From Chiloscyllium plagiosum (Eukaryota): 64,000 nt of DNA. Shown one piece after another: positions 1 through 12,919 of the stretch; the stretch's first letter is position 1; each line of letters starts with the position of its first letter. The stretch is taken from NCBI RefSeq assembly GCF_004010195.1, contig NC_057719.1, positions 56,779,187 through 56,843,186 of the forward strand, read 5' to 3'. The notes below the pieces were generated by a model that was given only the letters and a program-made list of their open reading frames with translations, was not told the DNA's origin and did no database searches. Position numbers and translations under genes: made by a program.

Positions 1-323
1 TTAGACGAGGAGACTAGGACCTGTGGACACAGCCTTAGAATTAGAGGGGGTCATTTCAGAACAGAAATGCGGAGACATTTCTTCAGCCAGAGAGTGGTGG
101 GCCTGTGGAATTCATTGCCACGGAGTGCAGTGGAAGCTGGGACGCTAAATGTCTTCAAGGCCGAGATTGATAGATTCTTGTTGTCTAGAGGAATTAAGGG
201 CTACGGGGAGAATGCTGGTAAGTGGAGCTGAAATGCACATCAGCCATGATTGAATGGCGGAGTGGACTCGATGGGCCGAATGGCCTTACTTCCACTCCTA
301 TGTCTTATGGTCTTATGGTCTTA
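1..323 (+). mobile_element. CR1-clade LINE 3' end with (TCTTATGG)n tail
   Basis: ORF2 C-terminus (FFSQRVVGLWNSLP...), 3'UTR gatgggccgaatggcct and a short tandem tail; runs off the window start. Confidence 0.85.
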
Positions 324-360
324 AGATTAAGAAAAGCTAATCAAGCAGTATGTTCAAAAT

Positions 361-680
361 GGGCAGTATAGTGGCTCAGTGGTTAGTCGACTGCCTCAAA
401 GTGCTAGGGGTCCAGGTCCAATTCCACTCTTGGGTGACTGACTGGGTGGAGTTTGCACATTCTCCCTGTGCTGGTTTCCTCCCCTAGCCCAAAGATTAGG
501 CGGATGGGCTATGCCAAATTGCCAGAGTGTCTAGGGATGCGCAGGCTAAGTGGATTAGCCATGGCAAATTCAGGATTGCAGGAATAGTGTTGGAATGGAG
601 TCTGGTTGGTATGCTCTTCAGAAAGTCGGTGTGGACTTGATGGGCTGAATGGCCTGCTTCCACACCGTAGGGATTCTATA
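361..680 (+). mobile_element. tRNA-derived V-SINE/HE1-like SINE
   Basis: A-box-like gtggctcagtggttag, central tggagtttgcacattctccc, LINE-like tail tgggctgaatggcctgcttccacac. Confidence 0.8.
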
Positions 681-683
681 ATT

Positions 684-1060
684 AAGAGGTGACCTTATGA
701 GGTGTTCAAAATTACAAACAATTTTGACAGGATAAAGGAGGATATTCTGTTTCCACTAGTTGGTATGTCAGTAACTAAGTGGTCACAATTTCAAGACTGC
801 TAGCAAGAGAGCTAGGTATGAGATTAGGATAAAAATCTTTACTCACAGTTGTTAGGATTTGTAATGCACTGCCTAGGCAAGTGATGGAGGTGAATTCTAC
901 AGGAGGTTTGAGAAGAGAACTGGGTATATATTTGGAAGTGATGAATTTAGAAGGTTACAGAAATTTGAGTGGAGAATGGGACTAGCTGGGTAGCTCTAGG
1001 GAGCCAGTACAGAGACAATGGGCTAAATGACCTCCTTCTGCACAGTCAGATTCCATGACA
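684..1060 (+). mobile_element. Degenerate CR1-like LINE 3' fragment
   Basis: agaggtgacctt..., tttactcacagttgttaggatttgtaatgcactgcct and atgggctaaatgacct resemble CR1 3' ends elsewhere in the window. Confidence 0.6.
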
Positions 1061-3439
1061 AACTTGGGCTGTTCTCTATTGAGTAGATATTAGAAGAGAT
1101 TTATTAGAGGTATTTTAAATAATCAAGGCGTTAAACAGAGTAAATAAATACTGAAACTGTTTCAAAGACAGATTGGATGCTAATTGCAGGGCTCAGATTT
1201 AGATGCTTTGCAGACAAACTAACATCAGAAAAACATATCTGACTGATTTGGATTTTGAACATACTGACTCATAGACAATTATTGTTAAATTTGCATCATT
1301 ACCCAAAATAGGAACCGAGAAAATATTTGTAGGAAAAATGCAGGATTACAGAAAAAAGATTCAGTAAGTGGAATTGCTGGATCTCATTTTTAAATCACCG
1401 ACTTGTTTGGTAAGTGGTCTCCTATGATATTGTTCTACTGAATGGTAATGGATGCTCTGACTTACCTTTCTCTGTTAAAAGTTCATTGCTATACTTGCAA
1501 TTCATATTTTCTGTTGTTATTTCTAGTTTTCTCAAGGATAATCTAAGGTGGAGCAGAAATTATGCTTTTAGCTATCATATTCTCTGGTGATTTACCCCAC
1601 TGGACTTTAATTCATACTTTGAATAAATACAAAACAATCTAATTTGCATTACAAATAAGGAACAAGAAAAGGTTATGCAAGTTCTTGTTCCTTGCTTTGG
1701 TCTTTTGTTTCTTGGGGTTCTACTTCTCTTGACCTTAGTAATGCATCACAACCATAACTACATTATCAAGCCAATAAATTGTTCACAAGGGAGAAAAAGG
1801 TTCACAGAAGTGCTTTCATCAGGACAAAATAATTTAAAAATTTAAATAACTCAACCCTCGGCTCATTGACGGGCACCTCTTCTACTTCCTGGTTGCTGGC
1901 AGGATGCCTGACCTGCTGGGGTTGACAGAAAAGAGGCCATGTGACATTTGTTGCCAATGAAACAATGGTTGTCAGCAGCGCAGCAGGAGCCTGTGGGATG
2001 TTGGCAGGTTAGGTAGGTGGAAGGGAACCTTACCATCAACAGGTCAGGGAGCATCTGTGCAGGTCAGATAGTAATGACCAGACTAAATTGACTGTAGTGT
2101 CAAGGGATGTTTCCCGAAGTGGGTTAGCCATGGTAAATGTGGGGTTACAGGGATAGGGTGGATGACTGGGTGTGGATGGGATGCTTTTTGGATGTTGGGT
2201 CAATAGGCCGAATAGTCTCTTTCCAAACTACAGGAATTTTATGATCCTTTGACCAAGGGCTGAATTTGACTAGCCAACTCTGGCTTTTGGCATAAATCAG
2301 AACATTATTTTATTAGAAACTTTATACAAAGTAAAAAATATTTCTGCACAGTGTAAGAAGAGCTATACAGCATAACCAGAATACAAATCAATCTTAAGTT
2401 CTTTAAATTCTGACACTGATAGAGAACATCCTTCAGAAGTGAAATCAATGTTTTTGGCTAAAGTCGTATTTATCTGTGCTTCAAATACATTTTGTGTCAT
2501 TTTAGAAATGTGGAGTAAAAAATCTAACTGATACCTATAGAATTTGCACACTTCAGTGAGTGTCGTAGTTAGCTGTTCAGTCTGCATGAGAAAATGTATT
2601 TATAGAATCTTGATCAATGCAACATGTCAGCACCCATTTGTAAAATGTTCATCAACTACTAAAATGAAATGGAGCTGAATTACACACAAATTATTAGATG
2701 AAAATACTGATTCTTGCTTTCTAGAAATGCTGTGAAAGTGTTAAACTTAATTATTTCAAGATTATAATTACTCGAAGTTCACCTATGAGCTAACTGCAAT
2801 TGAATCTGCAGGTTGTATTTACAAGATGCTGATAACATAATGCTATCAATTGAAGTTAAAATGTCAATGTTTAATATGAAATTTATCATTTCAATTTTGA
2901 AGCATTTCTACTTGACTGTAGGCTCTACGAGTGCTATCACTGCACAGTAATATAAAAATGCACTGGATATCAATGACTTCCACCTGCTTTGTTTCATCAT
3001 AATTTTGGTTTTGGGTAGATGTACACAGATTCTTAAGACAAATAAAAGTAGTAGCAATAACTACAGAACTTGTGAACAGATAGGTACTAACTCAATTGTC
3101 TTATTTTCTGTTGCTGTCCCAAACTGAAAAGCTCCAACTCTGATCCCAATTATCATTAATCATTTTAGACCCTTCCCTTTCTCAACTTCTATGCATCCAA
3201 TACTGGGGATAGGCTGTTAATCAATATCTTGAATAAGACAACTTTCCCCATATCCCACTTTCTTTAAGGATTGTAATACATTTTCCGTCACGTGTTTTGA
3301 CACTACTGCTGACCCTGATAATGCTTTTGATGTCTTGTCTTTTTCTTTAACTGGGGATGACTGTTCACCATAGTTGAAAGGGTTGTCCATTATATTTCTT
3401 CCATTTTTGCTCTGATCCTTCCTCCCCATATCACCCCTT

Positions 3440-4260
3440 AGAGCCAAGACAGGGTTCCGCTTATCCTCGCCTTTAATCCATCAGCCCATACATTCAACAG
3501 CTCAGCTTCTGCTTTCACCAAATACACTGCTTTTGCCTTGTCTCTTAGCATTTTGACTAATCCTTCTGCGACAACTTGCTCCACTCCTCACTTATTTGCT
3601 CTTTTTTCCATGGAACCCTCCCATGCAAGTGTGGGAGATACAACACCTGTCATCTTATGTTCTCCCTCCCCACCACTCATGATCTGAAAATGTCTTCCAG
3701 TTACAATAACTATTTTTGAACTGTTAATGTATGGTACAATATATTTACTGCTCATGACTCAGTCTGCTCTAAATTGTGGAGACCAAACACAAAATCAGGT
3801 GAGCACTTTGAGTTACAAATTCAATCACCCAATAAGACTCTAAGCTTTGCTGATCCTTATTTTAATTTTCTGTTCCACTCCCACTCTAACCTCAGCCTCT
3901 TAGATCCAACAACATTCATGAAGTTTGAGCAACTGTAGCCCATTTCTTTGGTACTTTACAATCTTCTGGACAGAGTTCAGCAATTTCACCATAATCTCTG
4001 TTTGTGACAGCAACTGATGGTGATCATTTTGTGATTCCCATTCACAATCCCTCTTGACTCATCTCATTTCGTTACTTTCCCCATTAAAACCACTGCTTTT
4101 ACCCAGACATGTCAGCCTTTTAATCATTTACCCTTCCCTGCCTTCTACCCAATCAAGTATTTTGCTTTTATTCTGTCCCCCTTACTCCTCATGTTACTTG
4201 AGTGTTCACTCACTCTAATTTTTTCCAGTTCTGACAAAATCAGAAATTTTGAACAGTAAT
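3440..4260 (+). mobile_element. Old Penelope-like (Neptune-type) fragment
   Basis: Degenerate similarity to the reverse complement of the 41235-42555 element; boundaries approximate. Confidence 0.45.
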
Positions 4261-5002
4261 TGAACCTGGATTGAATAAACAAGCTGTCACATTGGTGATA
4301 TGCTGCTGGAAATAGTCAAAAATGCCTTCATCCTCCTGTTCTCTAACAGGCTGATTATAAAGTTCAAGCTACAAACAAATTGCATTTCATAAGAAATTTA
4401 AGTGGTAGAAGTGAAAGTCAAACACAGCAAAAAGAGTAATGATTTACTTCACCTGTAAAATCTGTTCCAAACAAAATCTGATTTTAAATAAGAACTTTGA
4501 TTTCTGAGGTTACACTGAATTTATAGTGTCTATAATGTGAAGCTTAGAAACGAAATGAGTAATCATGCTCCCAGCTGGTTAATGACTGAAGCAAAGATTT
4601 ACTAAATGGGAGCCTTGCTAAGAACTCTCATTTTAAGACAAGAACTATTTATTAGGTAGATCTGGCTCATTATCTGTAATTTGTGTACTTAATTTTAAAG
4701 TAACCGAAAAACTGACATACTAAATATTAACATAATACCAAAATATATAGTCTCTTCTGTCATGAAGCAAAGCAGATCTTCTATTCATTACTTACATACT
4801 ACGTTTTAAAAAGATGCAGCATAATAAATACTAAATGTGGATTCAGAAAGACTTGACATCTCGATATAACTATATAATTTTTCTGCATCTCAAATCCTCT
4901 ATGACGTTTGTAAATTTTCAACTTTATCAGATTACATCACGGACTAAGTTAGTTTTCAACAATTATACTTTCAGAAGGTTCCTCTATGTTTGTTATAGAA
5001 GA

Positions 5003-5906
5003 TGTGTGTTGGGGTGGTTGCTTTCGTAGTTCACTATGTAGTTGAACTACGAAAGCAACCACCCCAACACACACAAAAGAAGTTGCATCAAGACACTGTT
5101 CAAAAGGGCCACAACACACTGCAGTACACCAGAACTGCAAAAAGAGGAAGAAGAACACCTATACAATGTATTCGCCAAAAACGGATACCCCCACAATTTC
5201 ATCAACAGATGCCGAAGGGAAAGACAACGGAACGAGGACATGCCACAACCCAAAGGACTAGCCACGTTAGAATGCATCAAGTGCATTTCCGAACTGGCAG
5301 CCAGACTACTGCGACCACTAGGACTCATAGCAGCACACAAACCAACAGCCACTCTCAGACAACAACTCACCAGAACGAAGGACCCGATACCCAGCATGAG
5401 CAAAACCAATGTAGTGTACAAAATCCCATGCAAGGAACTGCACAAAACACTACATAGGACAAACAGGAAGTCAGTTAACGATCCGCTTCCATGAGCACCA
5501 ACTAGCCGCAAAACGACACGACCAGCTATCCTTAGTAGCCACACACGCAGATGACAAGCAACATGAATTCGACTGGGACAACACGACTATTATAGGACAA
5601 GCCAAACAGAGGACAGCCAGGGAATTCCTAGAGGCATGGCACTCATCCACAGATTCAATCAATAAGCACATCGATCTGGACCCAATATACCGGCCACTGC
5701 AACGGAGAGCCTGAACTGACAACCAGAAGCAACAGATTCAAACCGCTACAAATGCCGGAGGAAAAATCACAGAAGCGCTTCACAGGAGACTCCCAAGCAC
5801 TGAGGATGTCACCTGGACAGGGGACGAAACGTCTGCAACACAAATTCCCAGTTCGGCGAACAGAACCACAACAACGAGCACCCGAGCTACAAATCTTCTT
5901 ACAAAC
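5003..5906 (+). mobile_element. 5'-truncated Penelope-like element (Poseidon-type): RT thumb plus GIY-YIG endonuclease, 3' hammerhead motif, TSD
   Basis: NYESNHPNTHKRSCIKTLF...NVVYKIPCK, frameshift, then HYIGQTG...HEH...AREFLEAWHS. TSD tttgttatagaaga(t) at 4989-5003 and 5907-5921. Confidence 0.9.
5797..5836 (+). ncRNA. Minimal hammerhead ribozyme motif (Penelope terminus)
   Basis: gca-CTGAGGA-t-GTCACC(tggaca)GGGGAC-GAAA-C-GTC-tgc. Confidence 0.65.
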
Positions 5907-6144
5907 TTTGTTATAGAAGATAAATAATTACCTTTCTTTCTTGTAGAGACATCTTGCTAATGTATTTGTGCAACTTACCTTCATCCCCCCCTCAAAAATA
6001 ACAAACTGAATGTGTGGATTCTTCTCCCAAATACTAGCAGAGGCATTAAAAAGGAAAATATCTTGCAATTGTAATTCCATTTTAAGAGGTTTTCTGAAAC
6101 TTCTAACGACATTTTAACAAAAAGAAAAGGAAGACATTTTTCAA

Positions 6145-6153
6145 AAAGGATAC
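6145..6153 (-). promoter_or_regulatory. U12-type (minor spliceosome) 5' splice site GTATCCTTT
   Basis: Plus strand aaaggatac = minus GTATCCTTT, exactly where RalGAP homology stops; full match to the RTATCCTTT consensus. Confidence 0.88.
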
Positions 6154-6281
6154 AAATTTTGATACAGTGGAATTAATGATTTTAGTGCTCGACTTGCATT
6201 GATTGCTGTAGCTCGGACTAGATTTGGTAGAACTTTCCCATCCACAATAGCACCATCAAAGAGTGGGCCAAAAAATGGTAT
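6154..6281 (-). CDS. RALGAPA1: RALGAPA1 coding exon, 128 bp ([42 protein letters not shown](F))
   Basis: Translated by hand. Acceptor ccttcttttgaacag|ATA. PFFGPL and [11 protein letters not shown]ap-GAP motifs. Donor TT|gtatccttt. Confidence 0.95.
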
Positions 6282-7459
6282 CTGTTCAAAAGAAGGTTAT
6301 TTGGTTCAGTTTTAGCAAATGAGTTATCTCATATCACTGCAATTAAATTACACAAGATTTCTGCATTGTTTTAAAAAAAAGATTAACTTCACTTTAATAG
6401 AAAGAAATGTTAAAAAAGTGACTGAAAAATGATAATAGGATCTAATTTAAGTCAATTGCTTCTATTGGCCATTTGAGTGGAATGTACTTCACCCTTCTCC
6501 ATCTCTATACTTCACCAGTTCTTGTGGATTTCTGCACTCATTTAACTCTACCGGTTTGATCATCCCTAATGTTACTTGGTCTACCATTATTGGCAGTGCT
6601 TTCAGCTCTCTTGGTTTCAAGCTCGAATTCCACTGCTTTTAATATGCTCCTTAAAACCTTTCCAACAATACTGCCAGAACCAGCAACTGAGACGACTGAG
6701 AGCAATAAATCACAAGTTACTTTCAAAGGATAAAGTATACCAGAGTGTCAATGTCAGGCAACAATATGTAATAATGTAATATCATCGGGAAATAGAAAAT
6801 TGTTAGCACCTAGGTACTGGGAGAAAAAGCTGTGAAAGTCTCAGCACTGGCACAAACAGATGTTAGTGCAGAGGACTTTGCAGCGTTGCCAGCTGAGTGC
6901 CTAGGTCAATGCTAAGTTATCCAAATGTTTCATTCTTTTTCTTAGGTTTTGTAGCAGGTTGACATAACTGAGAGGTTTGCTAGGCGACTTTTGCAGACAT
7001 TGTGGAAGGTCAGATCAGGCAAGGCCGACAGATTTCCTTCCCTAATGTGCATTGTTGAACCAGATGAAGTTTGATGATAAATCAACAAGAGTTTCACTGT
7101 CATCATTAGGCTAACTTTTAGTTACCATTTCAACATTTGCTTTCTAATAATGTGCCAAGAGCATTAGCCTGATCCCCTGGATTGCTGGTCCAGTGGCATT
7201 ATCACTGCCTCCCTACTGTTTTCAGATAGAACAATTTGTCTTTCAACTCCATTCACTTCCTCCAAAAGAAAACTTGCTGCGAGTCCATTCAGGTTCTAAT
7301 ATGGCTGCCTTTTGCAGGATATGTAGAATTTCCTTGAATATTCTTAATACATACATCTCCCTCATCTCTCTAGTACAGGGATGACTACATTGTTGCTGCT
7401 TCCTTCTTGTATCCTGGACTAGAAAAAAATCCAACCAATATAGATCAGGAAGCTGGGAA

Positions 7460-7960
7460 ATCTGCAGTAACCAACATAGCTCCTGACTCTTCAAAGCCCA
7501 TCATCTATAATGTAGAAGTGAGGAATGTGATGAGATACTGTTTAGTCTGAAAGAGGACAGCTCTAACAACACACAAGAAATTTGCACCATTCAGGACAAA
7601 ATAACCAGCTTGACTGGGAACCAATCTACCACCAGCTGTATGTACAAAACACGATGCATTGCAGCAGCTCAAAAAAGGCTACTTTGACAATGTTTTCCAT
7701 ACATACATTATGTGCCACCTAGAAGGCCAAGAGAAGCATAGGAAGATGACCACCTGCAAGTTCCACTCCAAGCCACACACCATCCTGCTTGGAACTTTAG
7801 CACTGTTTCTTCACTGTCACTGGGCCAAAATCCTCAAACTCTTTACTAGCAGAACTGTAGAGATGTATCTACATCAGCGACTTCAGCAGTTTAGAGGGCA
7901 GCTCACCACTACCTTCAGGGAGAAACAAAATAAGCAAGCCATGCTCACATACCATGAAAG
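7460..7960 (+). mobile_element. Old CR1/L2-group LINE 3' fragment
   Basis: accacctgcaagttccactccaagccacacaccatcctg...cagcagtttagagggcagctcaccactaccttc; the same family recurs at ~8200-8520 and 33240-33730. Confidence 0.55.
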
Positions 7961-10329
7961 AATTTCTAAAAATTCACTGACTTTCTTTGCAATTGATATA
8001 TCTCAGACTTTTCCATCCCTTAGAACATAGAACAGTACAGCACAGTAGAGGCCCTTCAGCCCTTGTGCCGACCTTTTAACCTACTTCTCAGTCTTCATTT
8101 TTGAGTTTACAATTAAATTTCACTACAAGCCCATGGACTCCTACATTTACCTTGACTACACTTCCTGACATCCTAGCTTCCAAGGTGTCTTCCTTTCTCT
8201 TCAACTTTAATAGAAATTCACCAAGGTTCCTTAGACAGCACCTTCCAAGGCCTTTACCATTACTGTCGAGAAGAACAAGGGCTCCAGATACGTGGGAACA
8301 CTATCACGACTACCTGCAAACTCCCTCCAAGCCACTCACCATCCTGACCTGAAAATATATCATGTTCCTTCAGTGTTGCGGGGTCAAATCCTGGAATTCC
8401 CTCCCTAATGGCACTGTAGATCTCCCTGTACCAAATACAGAATGTCAAGGAGGCCAACAACCACTTTCTCGATAACAAATTCTGACCCAGCTATGGATAT
8501 TCATGCTTCATGAAAGAATAAAAAGCCAATGGATTCCTTCCCAGTGTGCCTGATCTTGTTCAAGTACTACTGCTCCCTTCCTTTCCCTCCCTTCCCAGTA
8601 AGACTCCCCTTGATATCAACTTTCACCTCAGCTGCTTTCATATTCGATGGATCACCCCTTGTAATTTCTGCCACCTCCAGTGCGATGTGACCAAACAATC
8701 CTTTCAGCATTCTAAAGGGACTATTCCTTTTGTAATTCCCTGATCACTCTCAGTCAACCTCCAACTATTAAATGGATTTTAAGCCTGATGGAAAAGTACA
8801 AAACCAGGTGCCAATTTCTTGAAATGGGTTTATTTATAGCATTACATTAGCCTTCTATCGATCACCCATTATCCCAACTGGCTCTCTTCATAAATGTTCA
8901 AGGTGCTTAATTAAACAACATCCTTCACTTTTTTAAAATATATATAATATATATATATCTAGCAATATCATGTACACGCCTTCACAGACTCATCTTATTG
9001 CTTTCAAAAAGCATTGTAAGATACTCAAACAATTACAAAACAAATTGAAGAGAACTGTCTTTTCATATTTCATATAACCCATCACAATACAAAATGTCTC
9101 TCTTCCATACCTTCAATAATTTATTCAAGGCAGGCTTCCTGTCTGTAATTAATTCTGACAATTTAGTAACTGGCGTCAAGATTCATTTTATCTTGCTGAT
9201 CCTTTTGCCTCTTAATATTTATTTTATGTAAGCAAGGTCTTTGTAGAATATGCATTATCCTACAGTGAACTACTACAAATTCTTATGAGCATGCCTTATA
9301 TGCAAATTATTTCAAAGTATTTAACCTAACCTTTATCAGGCCTAAGGATACTTTCCACTTTCTCTTTCTCGTTCTGAAGAAGGATCACCAGACTAGAAAT
9401 GTTAACTCTGTTTTCTCTTCAAAGATGTTTCCAGACTTGCTGAGATTTTCTAACAATTTTTGTTTTTGTTTCAGATCTTCAGCACCCACAGTTCTTTGTT
9501 TTATAAAAAGATTGATTTCATGTCTTTTGGGTCACCCAGGGTTTGAAACTAGAATATACGTTTCTGCAAATTTAAATGCTTTAATATTCTATTTGCCCTC
9601 AGCACTTCAATTGCAGTGTGTTTCATCATCTAAGTTTCAATACGCCTGACCTGGTTTGAGTAAACAGCCAGTTTAACTATCCAATCATGCATATTAATGA
9701 TTTGTTTCTTCTTCAGTTGGAAGATCATCTTTCTGTAATTATCTTGCTCAATTTACCTAGTTCTAGATATAACTGTTCATTCAAGCCTATTCTGATTCAT
9801 ATCTAAGCCAGTATATTTAAAAGTACCCGAAGACTGACTTATAATCTTAAATGCCCCTTTGATTTTGACTGTTACAAATTGTCCAAGTTGTGCAGTATGT
9901 CCCCATAAAACATCAATATATGTCATAAAAATGCCCAGGACTTTCTCTTTGTTCCACTATAAGATCACTGCTGTGTTTCAATTTGAGAACCCAACTCCAG
10001 TTAAAAGCAGAAGCTTGCCCATTTATGACACAGTAGCTTAATCCAAATATTTGACAGAAACCACAGAACAAAGAATTCCCAAATTTAATTTCTGTAATTG
10101 CATATAAAAGTCTATTAAAGTCCATGATATATTCCTCTATAGAATTACTATTGAGTGACCTTTTGAAATCTATCAAAGTCTTATCGAACCATGACTCATA
10201 TTAAGTCCCTTTTTGTAAATTTTATGTACATGACTTCACATAAGCTGCAAGTATGCCTTGTTTCCTCTTCAGCAGGAACATAACCCAAGTCTACAAGTGG
10301 GGTGTGGGGAGGGGCGAGGTCTCAGTTAC

Positions 10330-11160
10330 AAGGACAAATTAAAGGAGGGGGCGGAGGCCTCAGTAGAAGTTGTTAAAGGTTCCAAAACAAGTAATAGGAC
10401 AGAAAGTATGGAAAGGGTCAGGGATTTAACTTCAGACTCAGCTATTAAGGGGACAACTATGAGAGGGAAGATAATCAATGCAGGACTGAGGGTGTTGTAC
10501 ATAAATGCACACAGTATATGAAATGAGGTTAAATATGCTTGTAGCACAAATTGAAACTGGCAGATACAATGTTGTGGCTATCACGGAGGGAATCAGGGCT
10601 GGGAATTAAATATTCAATTCTACGATACACATTCTATCGTAAGGACACGCAGATGGGCAGAGGGGACAGGGTTGCCTTGCTACTAAGAAACAAAATTAAA
10701 TTGATACCAAGAATATCTATATTCCGATATATAGTCGGAAGGCGTAGAATCTGTGTGGGTAGAGTTGAGGAACAGAAAAGGGAAATAAAATCAGAGAGTT
10801 GAGTACAAGCCTCTTTGTAGTATTCAGGATGTGGGACAGAAATAAATTAGGAGATAGTAAAGGCATGTAATAAAAGCAATATTACAATAATCATTGTGAA
10901 GATTAATATGCAGGTGGATTAAAAAAATCAGGCTGGTAGCTGATTGTGGAATGTGCGCAAGATGGTTTTTTTTGGAGCAGCTTCTGGTAGAGCCCATGTG
11001 GGAACTGTACTGGATTTGAAAATGTGTAATGAAGCTGACTTGATTAAGGAGCTTAAGATGAAGAAACCCCTAGGGGGCAGTGACCACATTATGACAAAAT
11101 TCACCCTGCAGTTTGAGGGGGAGAAGCTGGAATTGGATGTAATTCCTCTCCATCCAAGTC
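10330..11160 (+). mobile_element. CR1 LINE fragment, start of ORF2 (AP endonuclease)
   Basis: LRVLYINAHSI, FYRKDTQMGRGDRVALL, PLGGSDH motifs with stops and frameshifts. Confidence 0.75.
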
Positions 11161-11164
11161 TTTA

Positions 11165-11480
11165 ACACTATGGCAGTCTCAGTCAATGCTTGGAAAGTTA
11201 AAATCCCCTACCATAACCACCTCTATTATTCTTACAAATAACTGAGATCTCTTTACAAATTGGTTTCTCAATTTCCTGCTGACTACTGGAAAGTCTATAG
11301 TACAATCCCAATAAGGTGATCATCCCTTTCTTCATACTCAGTTCCACGCAAATAACTTCCCTGGACGTATTCCCAGGATTATTCGACCTAAGCACAACCA
11401 TAATGTTAACCTAAATCAAAAACACCACTCCCCTCCTCTCTTGCCCCCTTTCTATCCTTCTTATTGCATTTGGAACATTA
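11165..11480 (-). mobile_element. CR1 AP-endonuclease fragment
   Basis: VICVELSMKKGMITLLGLYYR...ICKEISVICKNNR. Confidence 0.7.
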
Positions 11481-11564
11481 AAGCTGTGCAGATTCAGACA
11501 GCAGTGTAGGTTTCTTTCTCCATTTGAATCACTTCTCATGTCATCTCTGCCAATGCCTTTGTCT

Positions 11565-12729
11565 AGGTAAAAACAAGGACTGCAGATGCTGGAAACCAGA
11601 TTCTAGATTAGAGTGGTGCTGAAAAAGCACAGCAGTTCAGGCAACATCCGAGGAGCAGGAAGATCGATGTTTCGGGCAAAAGCCCTTCATCAGGAATAGA
11701 GGCAGAGTGCCTGATGGGTGGAGAGATAAATGAGAGGAGGGTGGGGGTGGAGAGAAAGTAGCATGTAGTACAGTAGGTGAGTGGGGGTGGGATGGAGATG
11801 ATAGGTCAGGGAGGAGGGTGGGGGAAGGTAGCTGTGGGAGTCGGTGGGTTTGTAAAAAATGTCGGTGTCAAGTNNNNNNNNNNNNNNNNNNNNNNNNNNN
11901 NNNNNNNNNNNNNNNNNNNNNNNNNNNNNNNNNNNNNNNNNNNNNNNNNNNNNNNNNNNNNNNNNNNNNNNNNNNNNNNNNNNNNNNNNNNNNNNNNNNN
12001 NNNNNNNNNNNNNNNNNNNNNNNNNNNNNNNNNNNNNNNNNNNNNNNNNNNNNNNNNNNNNNNNNNNNNNNNNNNNNNNNNNNNNNNNNNNNNNNNNNNN
12101 NNNNNNNNNNNNNNNNNNNNNNNNNNNNNNNNNNNNNNNNNNNNNNNNNNNNNNNNNNNNNNNNNNNNNNNNNNNNNNNNNNNNNNNNNNNNNNNNNNNN
12201 NNNNNNNNNNNNNNNNNNNNNNNNNNNNNNNNNNNNNNNNNNNNNNNNNNNNNNNNNNNNNNNNNNNNNNNNNNNNNNNNNNNNNNNNNNNNNNNNNNNN
12301 NNNNNNNNNNNNNNNNNNNNNNNNNNNNNNNNNNNNNNNNNNNNNNNNNNNNNNNNNNNNNNNNNNNNNNNNNNNNNNNNNNNNNNNNNNNNNNNNNNNN
12401 NNNNNNNNNNNNNNNNNNNNNNNNNNNNNNNNNNNNNNNNNNNNNNNNNNNNNNNNNNNNNNNNNNNNNNNNNNNNNNNNNNNNNNNNNNNNNNNNNNNN
12501 NNNNNNNNNNNNNNNNNNNNNNNNNNNNNNNNNNNNNNNNNNNNNNNNNTTTTGCAGGAGGTAGGGTGGGAAGAGGTGTAATCCAGGTAACTGTGGGAGT
12601 TGGTGGGTTTGTAAAAAAATGTCGGTGTCAAGTCGGTCGTCATTAATGGAGATGGAGAGGTCCAGTAAGGGGAGGGAGGTGTCAGAGATGGTCCAGGTAA
12701 ATTTAAAGTCAGGGTGGAATGTGTTGGTG
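11565..12729 (-). mobile_element. Penelope-like element (Neptune-type) spanning a gap, 13-bp TSD
   Basis: RT fragment NTFHPDFKFTWTISDTSLPLLDLSISI and YKPTNSHSYLDYTSSHPTSCK; terminal repeat at 11565-11830; TSD aatgcctttgtct at 11552-11564 and 12730-12742. Confidence 0.85.
11874..12549. other. Assembly gap (N run)
   Basis: Run of n. Confidence 1.
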
Positions 12730-12919
12730 AATGCCTTTGTCTGTCTTCCTCTTTTTAAAGTGCTGTAGTTTTGATTTTTCTTTTCCCAGAAGTTCCAAAA
12801 CAATGCAACAGCTTATAAAACTGTTCTTAGTATTTGAGGGAATCAGTTCCAACACTGAAAATACCTCAAAAAAGAACCAGCTCTTACAGCCACAAGTTTT
12901 TTTCCTGCTCTTCATCTTC

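Noticed and set aside
361..430. tRNA-like A and B boxes
   Set aside because: Head of a SINE; no cloverleaf.
1466..1471. Apparent 6-nt microexon ttttaacag|AGAAAG|gtaagt on the minus strand
   Set aside because: U2-type sites inside a U12 intron, no good polypyrimidine tract and no protein support; likely chance.
11690..12803. Long ORFs of 240-317 aa
   Set aside because: They are open only because they run through an N gap.
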